Shown one piece after another: positions 46,670 to 58,684 of a DNA stretch of 64,000 bases. Source of the DNA: Eledone cirrhosa (lineage: Eukaryota); assembly GCA_964016885.1 (NCBI GenBank), contig OZ024742.1:323020001-323084000 (forward strand), read 5' to 3'. The position numbers were made by a program, and so were the translations under genes. Numbering within the stretch: the first letter of the stretch is position 1; every line of letters begins with the position of its first letter. The notes under the pieces were generated by a model. The model was not told the origin of the DNA and ran no database searches. It saw only the letters and a list, made by a program, of their open reading frames with translations.

Positions 46670-47940
46670 GAGCCCTGCTCCCGACTCCGCTGTTACACCT
46701 GTTATTTCCTCACCAACACCATCACTCACGCTGGACCCACCGACCGAACTTACCACATTAGAGACTTATTCCGCTGCACCTCCACGAGTCTCGTTTACGC
46801 TGTGGTGGCCTCTATATTGGCCAAACCAGCTGTCGTTTGGCAGACGGATTCGCCGAACACCCGACTAAGTGGCCCGTCTCCCATAGCCCAACACTCCACT
46901 GACCACCTTACAATTTTCGGCCATGTTGCATTCTCTGGACTACCGGAATCACGCCTCAGGGGTGAACAACACCTTATTTTTTTTCTCCAATCCTTTACCC
47001 CACCTGGATTAAACACACCACCTTTTTACCCCTAGCTAACGCCTTCACCACACACATCACCACTCCACTCACGCACCCACGAACCACCCCAACTACACAC
47101 AAACTCCTCTATTAGCACACATACACTCACATATACCAGCACATGGATACCATAACACACCTCTGTATCTGCACATGAGCAGTTCTAACGCCTAAAAGCC
47201 CTCCACCACCGCGGCCTAACTACTCACACCCTTTCCACTCACTAACTATAACTAACACCAAGTGGCACTACACTCACCCCATCACATATATATCTGCGCA
47301 TACTACATGCGTATGCTCGTGCATCCGCTTGTATACCAACCACCCTCTACAACATATGAACACTTCCACCCACACGCCTACCCATATACAGCTGCACATG
47401 CTTATACTAACACACGACGGCACACGGATAACCTAGCACGCGCGCGTTTGACCCCGCACACACACCCACAACTTGCCTTCACTACTAATACTCACTAAAC
47501 CCGCATTAATACGGCTAGAACACCTTACATTCCACAACTAACACCATTAACATCACTAACTCACCCCACCACTCCTATCTACGCATACGCGCGTGTATGC
47601 ATATATGTTTGTGTGTATACATATAAAAGTATGTGTGTCTATATATATAAAATTATATGTGTGTGTGGTGGCTGCTTTTGCTAGCAAATGTGGCACTTGC
47701 TGAACGTCCAGCCTTTGTCTCCTTTTTGTGACTGCTATACCAGTGATAATTTCTCCCTCCCAAGAATTATTCACTTGTAACGGTCAGTTCAAAAAGTAGT
47801 CTATTCACTCGAGGTCTCTTGAAGAGCCGGCAGCCTCACAGCACTGATGCATTTTCTAGTGCACGATTGCTGCAGATCAGTCGGAACTTTGAAGAAACAA
47901 TAAGTATATTTTTGTTTATTCACATTTACAATTTGATATA
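46670..47940 (+). mobile_element. Penelope-like element 3' remnant (GIY-YIG endonuclease + CA-rich tail)
   Basis: PCSRLRCYTC..FRCTSTSLVYA, frameshifted GLYIGQTSCRLADGFAEH, RLRGEQHLIFFLQSFTPPGLN. Confidence 0.8.
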
Positions 47941-47946
47941 TATATA

Positions 47947-48025
47947 CAGGGTGTCCTAAAAAAATGTATACACACTTCAACAGCATTCAAATAAATATGT
48001 GTATACATTTTTGGGGGACACCCTG
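47947..48025. mobile_element. Tc1/mariner-type MITE
   Basis: TA|CAGGGTGTCC.AAAAA.ATGTATACAC ... GTGTATACATTTTTGGGGGACACCCTG|TA. Confidence 0.85.
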
Positions 48026-48063
<38 letters not shown>

Positions 48064-48519
48064 CATACGTCTGCAACTATCGCCTGCCAAATTCGACTCA
48101 ACACATTTGACGAGAGTTGCCTCCCTTATTTCGTTGTTGATATGTTACTCAAACAATACACGTGTCTTAAAACTCGCATATCTAACAAGATGTCGAAGAG
48201 GAATCACTTTGATTGTACTCTGAGTTGATCGATATCGAAACAATTGTAATATGCCACTAAAGTTTGTACATATGCTGCAAAACTAGCTTCGAGTCTACTT
48301 ATCCTATATACAATCACTCTGCACACTACAGCCGCCTTAACTCTGGAATATAACCCAACACGAGACGGACCTCGTAACAGCATTGAGTGTGTACTTCGAA
48401 CGGAGTGCCGCCTTTAACTGTAGTTACGCACATAATAAGCACAGACGCACACATAGACACACACACACATATATATAATAAAATAAAATAAATGCTCTTT
48501 GACATAGATACATACATAC

Positions 48520-49815
48520 AAACAAACAAACAAAAATATGGTCATCTGAAATCTCTGCGCACAATAAAACAGTGGCTCACAATATGTTTGCTGTGCCTGT
48601 CCTAACACCACCATTTGGAATACTCGATTGGACGGTAGACAGAATCTGAGCTATTGATGTTAAAACCCGAAAAATCCTAAACAACACCGGAGACTTCACA
48701 TCATATCCTTCCAACATTTTTGAGCCTGTAAGCCAATCTATTGAGCAAGTCTGTCTACATGAGACAGATAAGATCATGAGAGTTGGGAAGGAACTCCTTG
48801 AAAGATACTACCTGCATGATAACCCAAAACTCACATCCTGAGAAATTGCCCAGCAATACCGCAGTGAATCCATAGATGAAAAACTGCATACTTATCAGCA
48901 AAAAATCATCCATGGATATGTAGCCAGGAGGCTCCAAAGTGAGAGTAATATAGATAATCAAAATAGTCTATCTTGGACCAAAAACTGCTATATTGGTTCT
49001 CACTTTGAAGGATATGCTTTTGCAATCCAAGAACAGGAAATCAATACAAAGTACCTGATTCACAAAAGAGATAGGGGGTGCAAGCAAAACACCTAGATGT
49101 GACAACAAATGCAGACTCTGCAGAATTAACATTGAAGATGTCACTCATGTCATAAGCAGCTGTCCAAAGATGTCATCTATCTATGAGGCGTGATGTATCA
49201 GTAGAAAAGATAACCCTGATAATAAACATATTAAAAGTTACAGCAATATGAAAGAGTAATGGTGGAATGTTCCAGCCAAAACCCCAATAAAATGCAAGCA
49301 TAACAGACCAGATATAATGATATGGGTTAAGGAAAAGAAGACATGCACTGTAGTGGAAGTCAGCTGCCCAGTAGATGCCAATATAATATTAAAGATTAGC
49401 GAAAAGGAGAATATCTATACGGAACTAATGAGGAATCTGTAGATACTCTACCCTGACTATACCTTCAGATTTATACCTGTGATTATTGGAGCACTGGGAT
49501 ATGTTAGTAACTGCCTCAGTACAAAACTCGAGAAACTGGACTTCACAGAACCAGAAAGAACCTGACTAGTTAGGAAATTACAAGTATAATCCATTAATGG
49601 AACAGTAAAAACATGTCAAACATTACAAAAGTACTGCATGTACACATGTACAGATACAAAACATATGCAAATATAACTCAAAACATACACATACAATAAC
49701 ATCCATACCTGCACACATGAAGACAAACATACATATCTACCTAGTTGATGTTGTCTAAATTCCAATGAGTCTTGTGTCTATGTTAGAAACCGACTCTCTT
49801 TCTCTATTGGTAAAC
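48520..49815 (+). mobile_element. R4/Dong-like RLE non-LTR retrotransposon, degraded 3' half
   Basis: Hand translation: FAVPVLTPPFGILDW..IDVKTRKIL, EGYAFAIQEQEINTK, CRLCRINIEDVTHVISSCP, KHNRPDIMIW..VEVSCP, FIPVIIGALG. Confidence 0.82.
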
Positions 49816-49828
49816 ATTTATAAAAACT

Positions 49829-52800
49829 ATGACACTGGCTTCTACTGCTATTCCTGTGGGAGAACATCAGAAACAACAACAACCCATGTCTTCCACTCCC
49901 AGTACATCTCGACACCAACAACTGGTGACTGTGTCTTCCCCTACCATTCCCGTGGAGGAACATCATCATCACCAACAACAACAACAACAACAGCAACAAC
50001 CTGCGACTGTGTCCTTCCCTGCCATTCCCGTGGAGGAACATCATCATCACCAACGACAGCAGCAGCAGCAGCAACAACAACAACAACAACCGACCAGTAC
50101 AGATTTTGCGGAACTGCAACTAATGATTTCTGCTCTGAGAAGGGAAGTTGCAGGAATAAAGGCAGGCATTCGGGTAGGACCCCACAATGAGGGGTCTTAT
50201 CGGAATGCCTTGCTAAAGAATCTCCCTGTACCTCTTGCTAAAAAGACTGAAAAGACTGCGGAATCTGCTACCCATGAAGTGATTGCCATTGGGGTACCAG
50301 AGGACAAGGCTGATCTTCAGGCATTTGCTGCCAGCTCAGCCAAAGATCTAGGCTGTGTTCCCCCAAAGGGTGCTCTCCGCCTTGGTCGACCTGGTCCAAA
50401 ACCCAGACTCATCAGGCTGTCTTTTTCGGACCCCGCAGAGGCAACCTCATATCATCTGGCCTCTGCTAAAGCTGGGCGTGAAAATCGGATTACCTTCCGA
50501 ACACGCCCAGGCCTACCACCCCATGTACGTCCAAAGCTACGTGCTGCAGCTTCCTTGAATCGGAACTCAGCACAAGATGAAAGTTTCAGTCTGCGTGATG
50601 ATGGGCAGATCTGGAGGTTTGTCAAGGCTGGTGAAACGTGGAAGAGAGATACCAGCTGGTCTGAGTGTGATCTACCCACAATAACTGGCAATGTAAAAAC
50701 TGCTACAACTCTGGGAAACTAAACCAGAACAACCTGCCACCCTCTACACACCATCATAAACTGCGAGCAGGGTACAAATTGTTGTCCTTAAATGCTCGCA
50801 GTTTATGCAACAAGATACATCTGTTCGAATCCTACGTCAGAAGCATCGACCCTGACTTCATCACAGTCACGGAAACATGGGCACATTCCTTACTCTGTGA
50901 TGGGCTTTTCAGCATTACTGGGTACAACCTTTTCCGCAAGGACCGCATTAACCGCCGTGGTGGTGGTGTGATGGTCTACGTTCGTTCAAACTTTTCGGTA
51001 ATTCCTTGCGTTGATTTGAACGAATCACAGGAAGAAGTTTTTTTCTGTGACATACGTATGACCATGTCAACACTTCTGCTTGGTGTTGTTTATCGCCCCC
51101 CAAACTACCATCAGGACACACAGCTTTGCGATATCCTCAGAGTTGCTGCCAAGAAAACAGCCACTTATGTGTTTATTGCAGGTGACTTCAATCATCCAGA
51201 GATCGATTGGGAAACCTTTCGTTGGCCACAAGGTGCAAACGATTTCCTTGAACTAGTGCTGGACTGAAACTGGTCACAAGTAGTCACCTCTCCAACAAGA
51301 GGTGACAACACTTTGGACCTGATCTTCACCACTACTCCTGAAGTGGTTATCAGTTGTACTACTGAGGAACCTCTAGGCGACTCTGATCATGCTATGATCA
51401 TTGCCAATCTGGCACTTGAGGGCAGCAACAAAAACCAGAGCCATCTCCAATCTGCTTGCTTTGATTGGAAGAGGGCGGATTGGAACTTGTACTGCACTGA
51501 GCTACAGCGCCCAAACTGGCATGAGATGTATAACTCTGGAGATGTGAACTCTATACTCCAGAGCATCCTGGACACAATATGGATAGCATGTGCAGCATCA
51601 GTGCCACGGAAGCGGAAAAAAAATAACCACCCCAAAAGTGCAATCTGGGAAACTTCAGCGGTCCGACTTGCCAGGAAAGAACGTCGGAACTCTGAACGGG
51701 AATATAAACTGCATAGATCAGATGCCAACAGAAAAAAGCGGAATAAATCTTCTAACCATCTCAAGCAAGTGACAAAGAAGGCAGTGCTTGAATTTGAACA
51801 GTGCATCGCAACCAATCCTGACAGTAAGGTGTTCTAGAAATATGTTCATTCAAAGCAGAGACCTCACTCTCCAGTTGGTCCTCTTCGCAATCCCCACACA
51901 AGCCAGATCACTGACGATCCCAAGGAATGCGCAGAACTCATTGCTGAGTGCTATGCAAGTATATTTTACTGTTGAAAACCAGAATGTACCATCTCAACCA
52001 TCTCTAACATCAAATTCCATAACAACTATGGAATTTACACCTGCAATGTTGCGACGTCACCTTAAGAATAAGCGCAACTATGCCTCCCCTGGTCTTGATG
52101 GTGTGACATACCTGCTTCTCAAACGTGGCGGGTATTTCCTTTTGCGCCAGCTTTCTTTCTTCTTTCAATACTGTCTCAACAATGGTGCTACTCCGGAGCA
52201 GTGGAAAACTGCCAGTGTCATTCCCCTGTTCAAAAAGGGCAACCGCATGTCACCTGTCAACTATCGTCCAGTCAGTCTTACTAGCTGTATGGCCAAACTG
52301 ATGGAATCCTGTGTCAGAGAAACACTTTGGAACTTCTGGAGCTCTCACAGCCTCATCCGGCCCTCACAGTTTGGATTTATCCCTAACTCCAGCTGCTGTG
52401 ATCAGCTTATCGAGTTCCTTGAGGACATCACCCGGATCACTGACAGCGGCTCATGGGTGGATGTTGTTTACCTTGACTTTGCTAAGGCTTTTAATTCTGT
52501 GCCACACAAAAGACTTATGGCAAAACTCTCTGCAATGGGTGTGAGGGATGATCTTTTCGACTGGTTGAAATCCTTCATTCTCAGCCGAAAAGAAGTAGTC
52601 ACGGTTCTAGGACAGCATTCTTCACCATATGAGATGTCATCTGGTGTACCACAGGGATCTGTTCTTGGTCCTCTTTTGTTTGTGGCATATATTAACGACA
52701 TAGATGCCAACTTACAGAATGCCACGGTACTAAAATATGCAGACGACATCAAGCTGTACCTTGAAATCAAAAGGACTGATCCTGAAATTTACAACTCTTT

Positions 52801-53838
52801 CCTACAATCAGACCTGGACACAATGCAGCAATGGATCACAGACTGGCAACTGAAGCTGGCTGTGGACAAGTGTACCACCATGCATTTTGGAAGGAAAAAT
52901 CCAGCGTCCACATACTCCCTCCACAACACTGATATCAAAAAGTCCTCTTGTGAACGTGACCTGGGTATTACTGTCAGCAACGATTTGCGTTGGACAAAGC
53001 ATGTCTCTAAGATTGTCAAGAAGGCCGAGGGTGTCTTGGCATCACTCAGCAAGACCTTTGTTAGCCGCTCTCCAGCCATCTATTTAAAACTGTATACAGC
53101 TATGGTACGACCACACTTGGAATTCGCATCATCAGTCTGGAACCCCTATCTTGCTCAGAACATTGACCTCCTGGAAACTGTTCAGAGACGTGCAACCAAG
53201 CGCATACCCTCCATCAGACACCTACCATACTCTGAACGCCTTGCTTCCCTGGGCATGGATTCATTGAAGCTCCGACGTCTGGCAATGGACTTGGTGAATA
53301 CCCACAAAGTTTTTAACCATCTCGCCAATTGCAACCCTGAGCGCCTCTTTGATCTCCATGTGTCTAACACACGTGGACATGCCTACAAGATCAGAAAACA
53401 GCACAGCTCCCATGACTTTCGTAGACATTTTTTCACGTTCAGAGTTGCTGAAGCATGGAACAAACTGCCTGCGTCAATTGTTAGCTGCCGAGACACTGCA
53501 TCCTTTAAGACACTCATGCTTCCCGAAATACGCCAAAACTACACTTGATGTACCCCTTCCATGCACATGCACACATGTGTGTATCATGACTCGTGCACTG
53601 TTCATTTTACTGATGTTTGTGCATTGCCCTATGTACTGTACATGCACTTTTTTGATGAGTTGTGGTGCACCTGGGCACTGTACACAATATTTCATTATTG
53701 TTATTGTTATTATATCATGACTCGTACACTGTTCATTTTCCTGACATTTGTACATTATTCTATGTACTATACATGCACCTTTGATGAGTTGTAGTGCACC
53801 TGAGCACTGTACACAATAATTTCATTATTATTATTATT
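49829..53838 (+). mobile_element. Near full-length CR1/Jockey-group LINE: ORF1 49829-50722; ORF2 about 50779-53548 with stops at 51265 and 51835 and a frameshift near 51960
   Basis: ORF1 has a coiled-coil and an RRM-like segment (VIAIGVPE..ALRLGRPGPKPRLIRLSF). ORF2 has APE (LNARSL, TETW, YRPP, GDFN, SDH) and RT (SGVPQGSVLGP, YADD). (ATT)n tail. Confidence 0.93.
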
Positions 53839-54377
53839 AAAATCATGAAACCAGAACACACACACATTTATATATATATAATCAGATTAAATAAATGCCC
53901 TTTCATTTACACACACATATATATATCATAAAATACATAGCAAAGTTGCAAATGAAAAAAAAAAAAAGATACGTGGGACGAATATGCAAAAAGCATCTAT
54001 TCTACTCTTCTGTCACTCCCATACATGTGTGTGGCACTCTTTCGTTTTAAGTATCGCTAAAGTGAAAGAAGAAATTCAGTAATCTCCGTACGCATTCGGC
54101 AATGAATAATTTTTAAAATTCTTTCATAGACATTATTACCCCACATAATTTAATTTCACATTTATTAAGAACCAATTACAATCATTTTCTATCATATATT
54201 ACCAATAAATCATTCGGAATTTACATATATATAATATAATTTTCATTATATCAGACACAGATAGCTAAACCAGGTACCGTTCAGTTTCACTTTAACAACC
54301 GATTATCAACGGAAATTAACGATTTATTCCGTATTGTTTTTCCATTTCTATGATACCTAAAACGAAAGGTTGCCTAA

Positions 54378-55285
54378 ATGGCTGCTGAGTGTCGCAAACA
54401 ACAATTCCCTAAGGAAATCGTGGAGGAGATAATGAAAATTGATGATCTGTGTGAAAAGAAATACTTTCTACGCGATATTTACCTCATAACTAACGATGTA
54501 CAACATGCCATTGATTTTCTGGCATCTTTTGAGATTAATTCACAACTCCGCTGAGTGTTGTAATACGCCTATGAATTTCGTGGATCGCCAGTGATGTTCA
54601 GATGGAAAAGCCTGGAGATGTTGTAAATGCAAGAGTTATCGAAGCATTAGACAAGACTCTTTTTTACTGGGTCTCATATCCCATTGCCTCGCCTTGTAGA
54701 ACTTATTTATTTGTGGTCAGCAGTTGACTGTAAACAAGGTGTAGTTATGAAGCCGGTCGGTGTCCACACAGCAGCAATAGTTAACTGGTATAACTATTTC
54801 AGAGATATTTGTGCTATGTGGTGTATCGACAATCCTGTACAAATTGGAGGAGAGAGAGTTGTCGTGGTGATCAACGAAGGTAAATTTATGAGCCGCAAAC
54901 ACCCTCGTGGTCAACATCGAAAGGGTTCTAGGGATGGTGGAACGACATAGCTTTAAATGTGTTCTTGTGCCTGTCTCAGAACGAAGTGCTTCTATTTTAT
55001 TACCCACCATCGTTAAGTATGTGTTGCCCGGTACCCGCGTTATAACAGATTACTGGCATGATTTTCAAAAACTATCCAACCACAGTCTGCACTTCATTGA
55101 TCCCAACGATAAAACAATACACACGAACTCTAAAGAAGGAACGTGGAACAGAAATATTGCGCCATGCATTTGACTTCAAATGATCTATTTTCCATTTACT
55201 TGCAAGAATTTTGCTGGCGTCGTTGCCATCCAAATAACACGTTTATGTCATTTATAAAATGCATAAGACACTATTATCCTACATA
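54378..55285 (+). pseudogene. Merlin/ISXO2-like DDE transposase pseudogene
   Basis: Zn-ribbon ECC..CSDGKAWRCCKCKSYRSIR, NPVQIGG..VVVINEGKF, VLGMVER, VLPGTRVITDYW, FIDP..IHTNSKEGTW; contains stops and frameshifts; TIRs not identified. Confidence 0.85.
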
Positions 55286-55469
55286 ATTCCAGTGTACTTT
55301 CATTATACTATCCAATATAATAATTTTCTTTCAAATTTTAAACATTTTATAAATAAATCATTCGTACTTGACGTAAACAAATGATGTATATTATATATAA
55401 ATATAGTAAAATAAAACAGGTACCTTATAGTTTCATTTTATTGCGGGGGGGGGGGGGGGGGTTTTTAAA

Positions 55470-55800
55470 AAAACCATCAATTCACCACCAAGTGCGACAA
55501 TCGGCTGCACATCACAAAGGTCATCGGAATATTTTGAGGCAAGCCAATACGCTCGCAGCATTACCACAGGTGATGGTGAGGCTAAGGCGCTGAAACAACC
55601 AAGCACCCCCACGAGCATCACCTGGCACCCCAGTAAGGCGAGCCGCCAGCGATGACAAGAACATAATGAACATTGAGCTCACTTGATAGTTGATGGATGG
55701 CAGGAAGTTTTCAATGTGGGCGCTATCGCCCCCCCCCTCCCGGGAGAGGGCGTTCAGATGGTCCAGGGGGGTGCTGGCGCCTAAGAGGCCGGTAGGGGCT
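55470..55800 (-). mobile_element. CRE-derived 3' fragment
   Basis: FLSSLAARLTGVPGDARGGAWLFQRLSLTITCGNAASVLACL on the minus strand. Confidence 0.75.
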
Positions 55801-56409
55801 AGAGATGATATAATAGTATATTAAATATCAAATGATGTATATTATATATAAATATAGTAAAATAAAAATATATATAATATTTATTTATACATATATATAT
55901 AGTATACTATATAAATAATATATAGTATTTAAATAATATATAGTATTATATTATTTAAATATAAGTATGTATACGTACATACATATATGTATACAGACGT
56001 AGAGTAGTATGTATATATATTCATACATGCGCACATATATATATGTACGTATGGATTTACCGAACATTTATTATAATGCTCGGTTTGTTTGTAAACAAAC
56101 ATCCCAGATTAAGCCGTACAGTGTTTAGCAACCATCGTTGCCCTTTTGTTCAACATTGACAAAGGAACGATGTACTAGTTTCAAGCTTATTAGCTATCGT
56201 CTGCACCGTATACCTTCCTGCCAGATGATTGAACGTCTGAAAGTATATACTTTCCTTATGCATATTAACGGCTGAGCAGCCTAATCTGCATATCGAGTGA
56301 GTTAATCGGTCGGGCGCACCGAAAACGATAAATGGAAAAAATGAAACGAAATTTCATTCTCACTCTTAATACGGCTGTTACTTAAATATAAGTATACTGG
56401 TGTAGCTAT

Positions 56410-58286
56410 TATAGCGAAGATACTGGGTTGTATGAATGTAACAAAACGAGACATGGTTTGTGTGTATAATATTTAATCAAGCATTTAACAGTATGGTTGA
56501 CATGTCAAAGTAATAGATGATAGAATGAAGCAAAGTTAGTAGTTACCGTTTTGATTGCCAGGCAAACGCGGCTGGCAGAAGCCGGAAGGGCAAATGAGAG
56601 GCAGAGAGCCGAAAGCTATTCGTTTTATAGGGCTCTGACCGGAAGTTACAGAAAGGGTTCTACTTCCCGTCTAGATGTTAATCTATTGGGGTCACAACAA
56701 GGGAGACAACCGCTACACAACCTCCCGCCAGAATTTTAGAATATAAAAATCGAATGAAAATATGTAGCAAGTTGGCGAGAATGTTGTAACAGGCATGAAA
56801 ATTACGACAAAAGAATGTTTGCAAAAATCAATGATAGATATCAAGGTAGCCAACCGCTCTTGGCCAGAGAACGACTGGACATCTATCTATCCATCACCCA
56901 AAGATACAATGTAATAAAGTAAGAGAAGGGCTCAAAGTTCAAATGTACAAAATATAGTTCACAGGTGAGCAATCACATGACAGCAGGAAAGAAAGTGTGT
57001 TCCAGAGAATGAATGCAGGTGGTTTCTGTTCTGTGGTATATCGTGAAATTTCCAACCTCCGAATGGATTTTCTCACAGGAAGAGTGCTGCAAAAATAAAT
57101 TCTCTGGCTTTGGTTGTTGTCTCGCTGAGTGAGCGTATTCGGTGTTTAAATTCACAGTAAAAAAAAAAGAAATTTTTTCAGAAAAATTCAGTTGCGCAAA
57201 GTGCTAGAAATAGCAGTCGAAGTTGATGGTCGATGTTGAGAATGCGTTGACCTGGAAGGGTCAAGAGGCCAGCGACCAAAGAAATAAGCATTCTGAATAA
57301 ATGCGCAGTTTTCAACGGCAAATTTACGTGGTAAATTTTTAAACCGGCAAATAGGAGAATATAGCTTAAGGCTGAAGAATCCTTGGCGAGAAACGTTATC
57401 TCTGGCGTGCGGCTATCTCTGTGAGTCGAGAATTTGTGCTGCCTACACGTGCCAATACAAGGTGGTTAGGTTGAAAAAATAATATTTCTAACGCGCGAGA
57501 AAATGATAGTGCAAGTGTGAAAGTGACAATGATGAAAAAGAAAGGCTTCACTCAGCATAATTATTGGTGTGAACTTTGGAAAAAAAACTTGAACGATGAA
57601 GAAAACGATGAAAAAAAAAAAGGCAATGGTTCATCGAAAATAAATGTTCCTGTTGAAATGTTTTTTAAAAAATATCAAATTTCTTTTTTTTTTGTGTGTG
57701 TTTTGAAAGTGTTCGTTGTAAGAAACGAGAAACATGTATATATATCGTGAAATGCGACAGTTAGTTGATGCGTGAGAGAAAAAGTCTGTCTGTGCGAAAA
57801 TTTCACATGTGCGTGTGTCCGTTTCTTTGACTGAGTATTTTCATAGTTTGTCAATAAATTTGCTGTGTATTCGTAATGTTACTCACACAACTCCAGAATC
57901 TGCTATTTTTTTCTTTTTTCGGGGTGACCACTTATAGCGATGAACGGCTACGTGTTCGTATCACGTCAGGGTCACCAATATAGCGAAGATACTGGGTTGT
58001 ATGAATGTAACAAAACGAGACATGGTTTGTGTGTATAATATTTAATCAAGCATTTAACAGTATGGTTGACATGTCAAAGTAATAGATGATAGAATGAAGC
58101 AAAGTTAGTAGTTACCGTTTTGATTGCCAGGCAAACGCGGCTGGCAGAAGCCGGAAGGGCAAATGAGAGGCAGAGAGCCGAAAGCTATTCGTTTTATAGG
58201 GCTCTGACCGGAAGTTACAGAAAGGGTTCTACTTCCCGTCTAGATGTTAATCTATTGGGGTCACAACAAGGGAGACAACCGCTACA
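56410..58286 (-). mobile_element. Non-autonomous LTR retrotransposon (gypsy-like, tRNA-Trp primed)
   Basis: 308-bp LTRs at 56410-56717 and 57979-58286 (TGTAGCGG...CGCTATA on minus); TSD CTAT; PBS TGGTGACCCTGACGTGAT; PPT-like TGGCGGGAGG; no gag/pol ORF. Confidence 0.92.
57960..57977 (-). promoter_or_regulatory. Primer-binding site complementary to the tRNA-Trp 3' end
   Basis: Plus strand ATCACGTCAGGGTCACCA versus eukaryotic tRNA-Trp 3' end ATCACGTCGGGGTCACCA (from recall); 1 nt from the LTR. Confidence 0.85.
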
Positions 58287-58425
58287 CTATCTATCTTCGC
58301 TTTGTTGTTATTGTCCGAAGATAGATATATTGGCAATTATACATAGATAGCTGTAGATAGACATTCAGATAAACAGATAGACAAGTGGGTAGGTGGATAG
58401 GTAGGTAGGTATGTAGGCAGGCAAG

Positions 58426-58426
<1 letters not shown>

Positions 58427-58470
<44 letters not shown>
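58427..58470. repeat. (GATA)n microsatellite at the Tx1 3' junction
   Basis: About 11 perfect units; degenerate GATA/GGTA units extend to about 58320. Confidence 0.95.
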
Positions 58471-58684
58471 TTCTTTATTTACCATAAAGGCATAAAAAGA
58501 AGGGACAAATACAAAGGGGGAGTTTACATAAAATCGAGTAAAAAGGGTGTAACATGAAAATAATCGAAAATGACCTCAAAAGGGAGGGGACGTGATGGGG
58601 GTTGCACACACCCCCGAAAAAGTGTGCAATCCTTTGCCCGGGGAGCACATGGAGAAGGTGCTCCCCTCTCCTTTACTTCTTTAC

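Noticed and set aside
54378-55285. Bacterial IS1595 contamination or recent horizontal transfer
   Set aside because: Eukaryotic Merlin transposases share this domain; the copy is degraded and embedded in host repeats.
55490-55640. Possible U1 or other snRNA
   Set aside because: No ATACTTACCTG or Sm site; it translates as the CRE endonuclease C-terminus.
56551-58350. Duplicated small ORF MIARQTRLAEAG...
   Set aside because: It lies within the two LTRs; no coding evidence.
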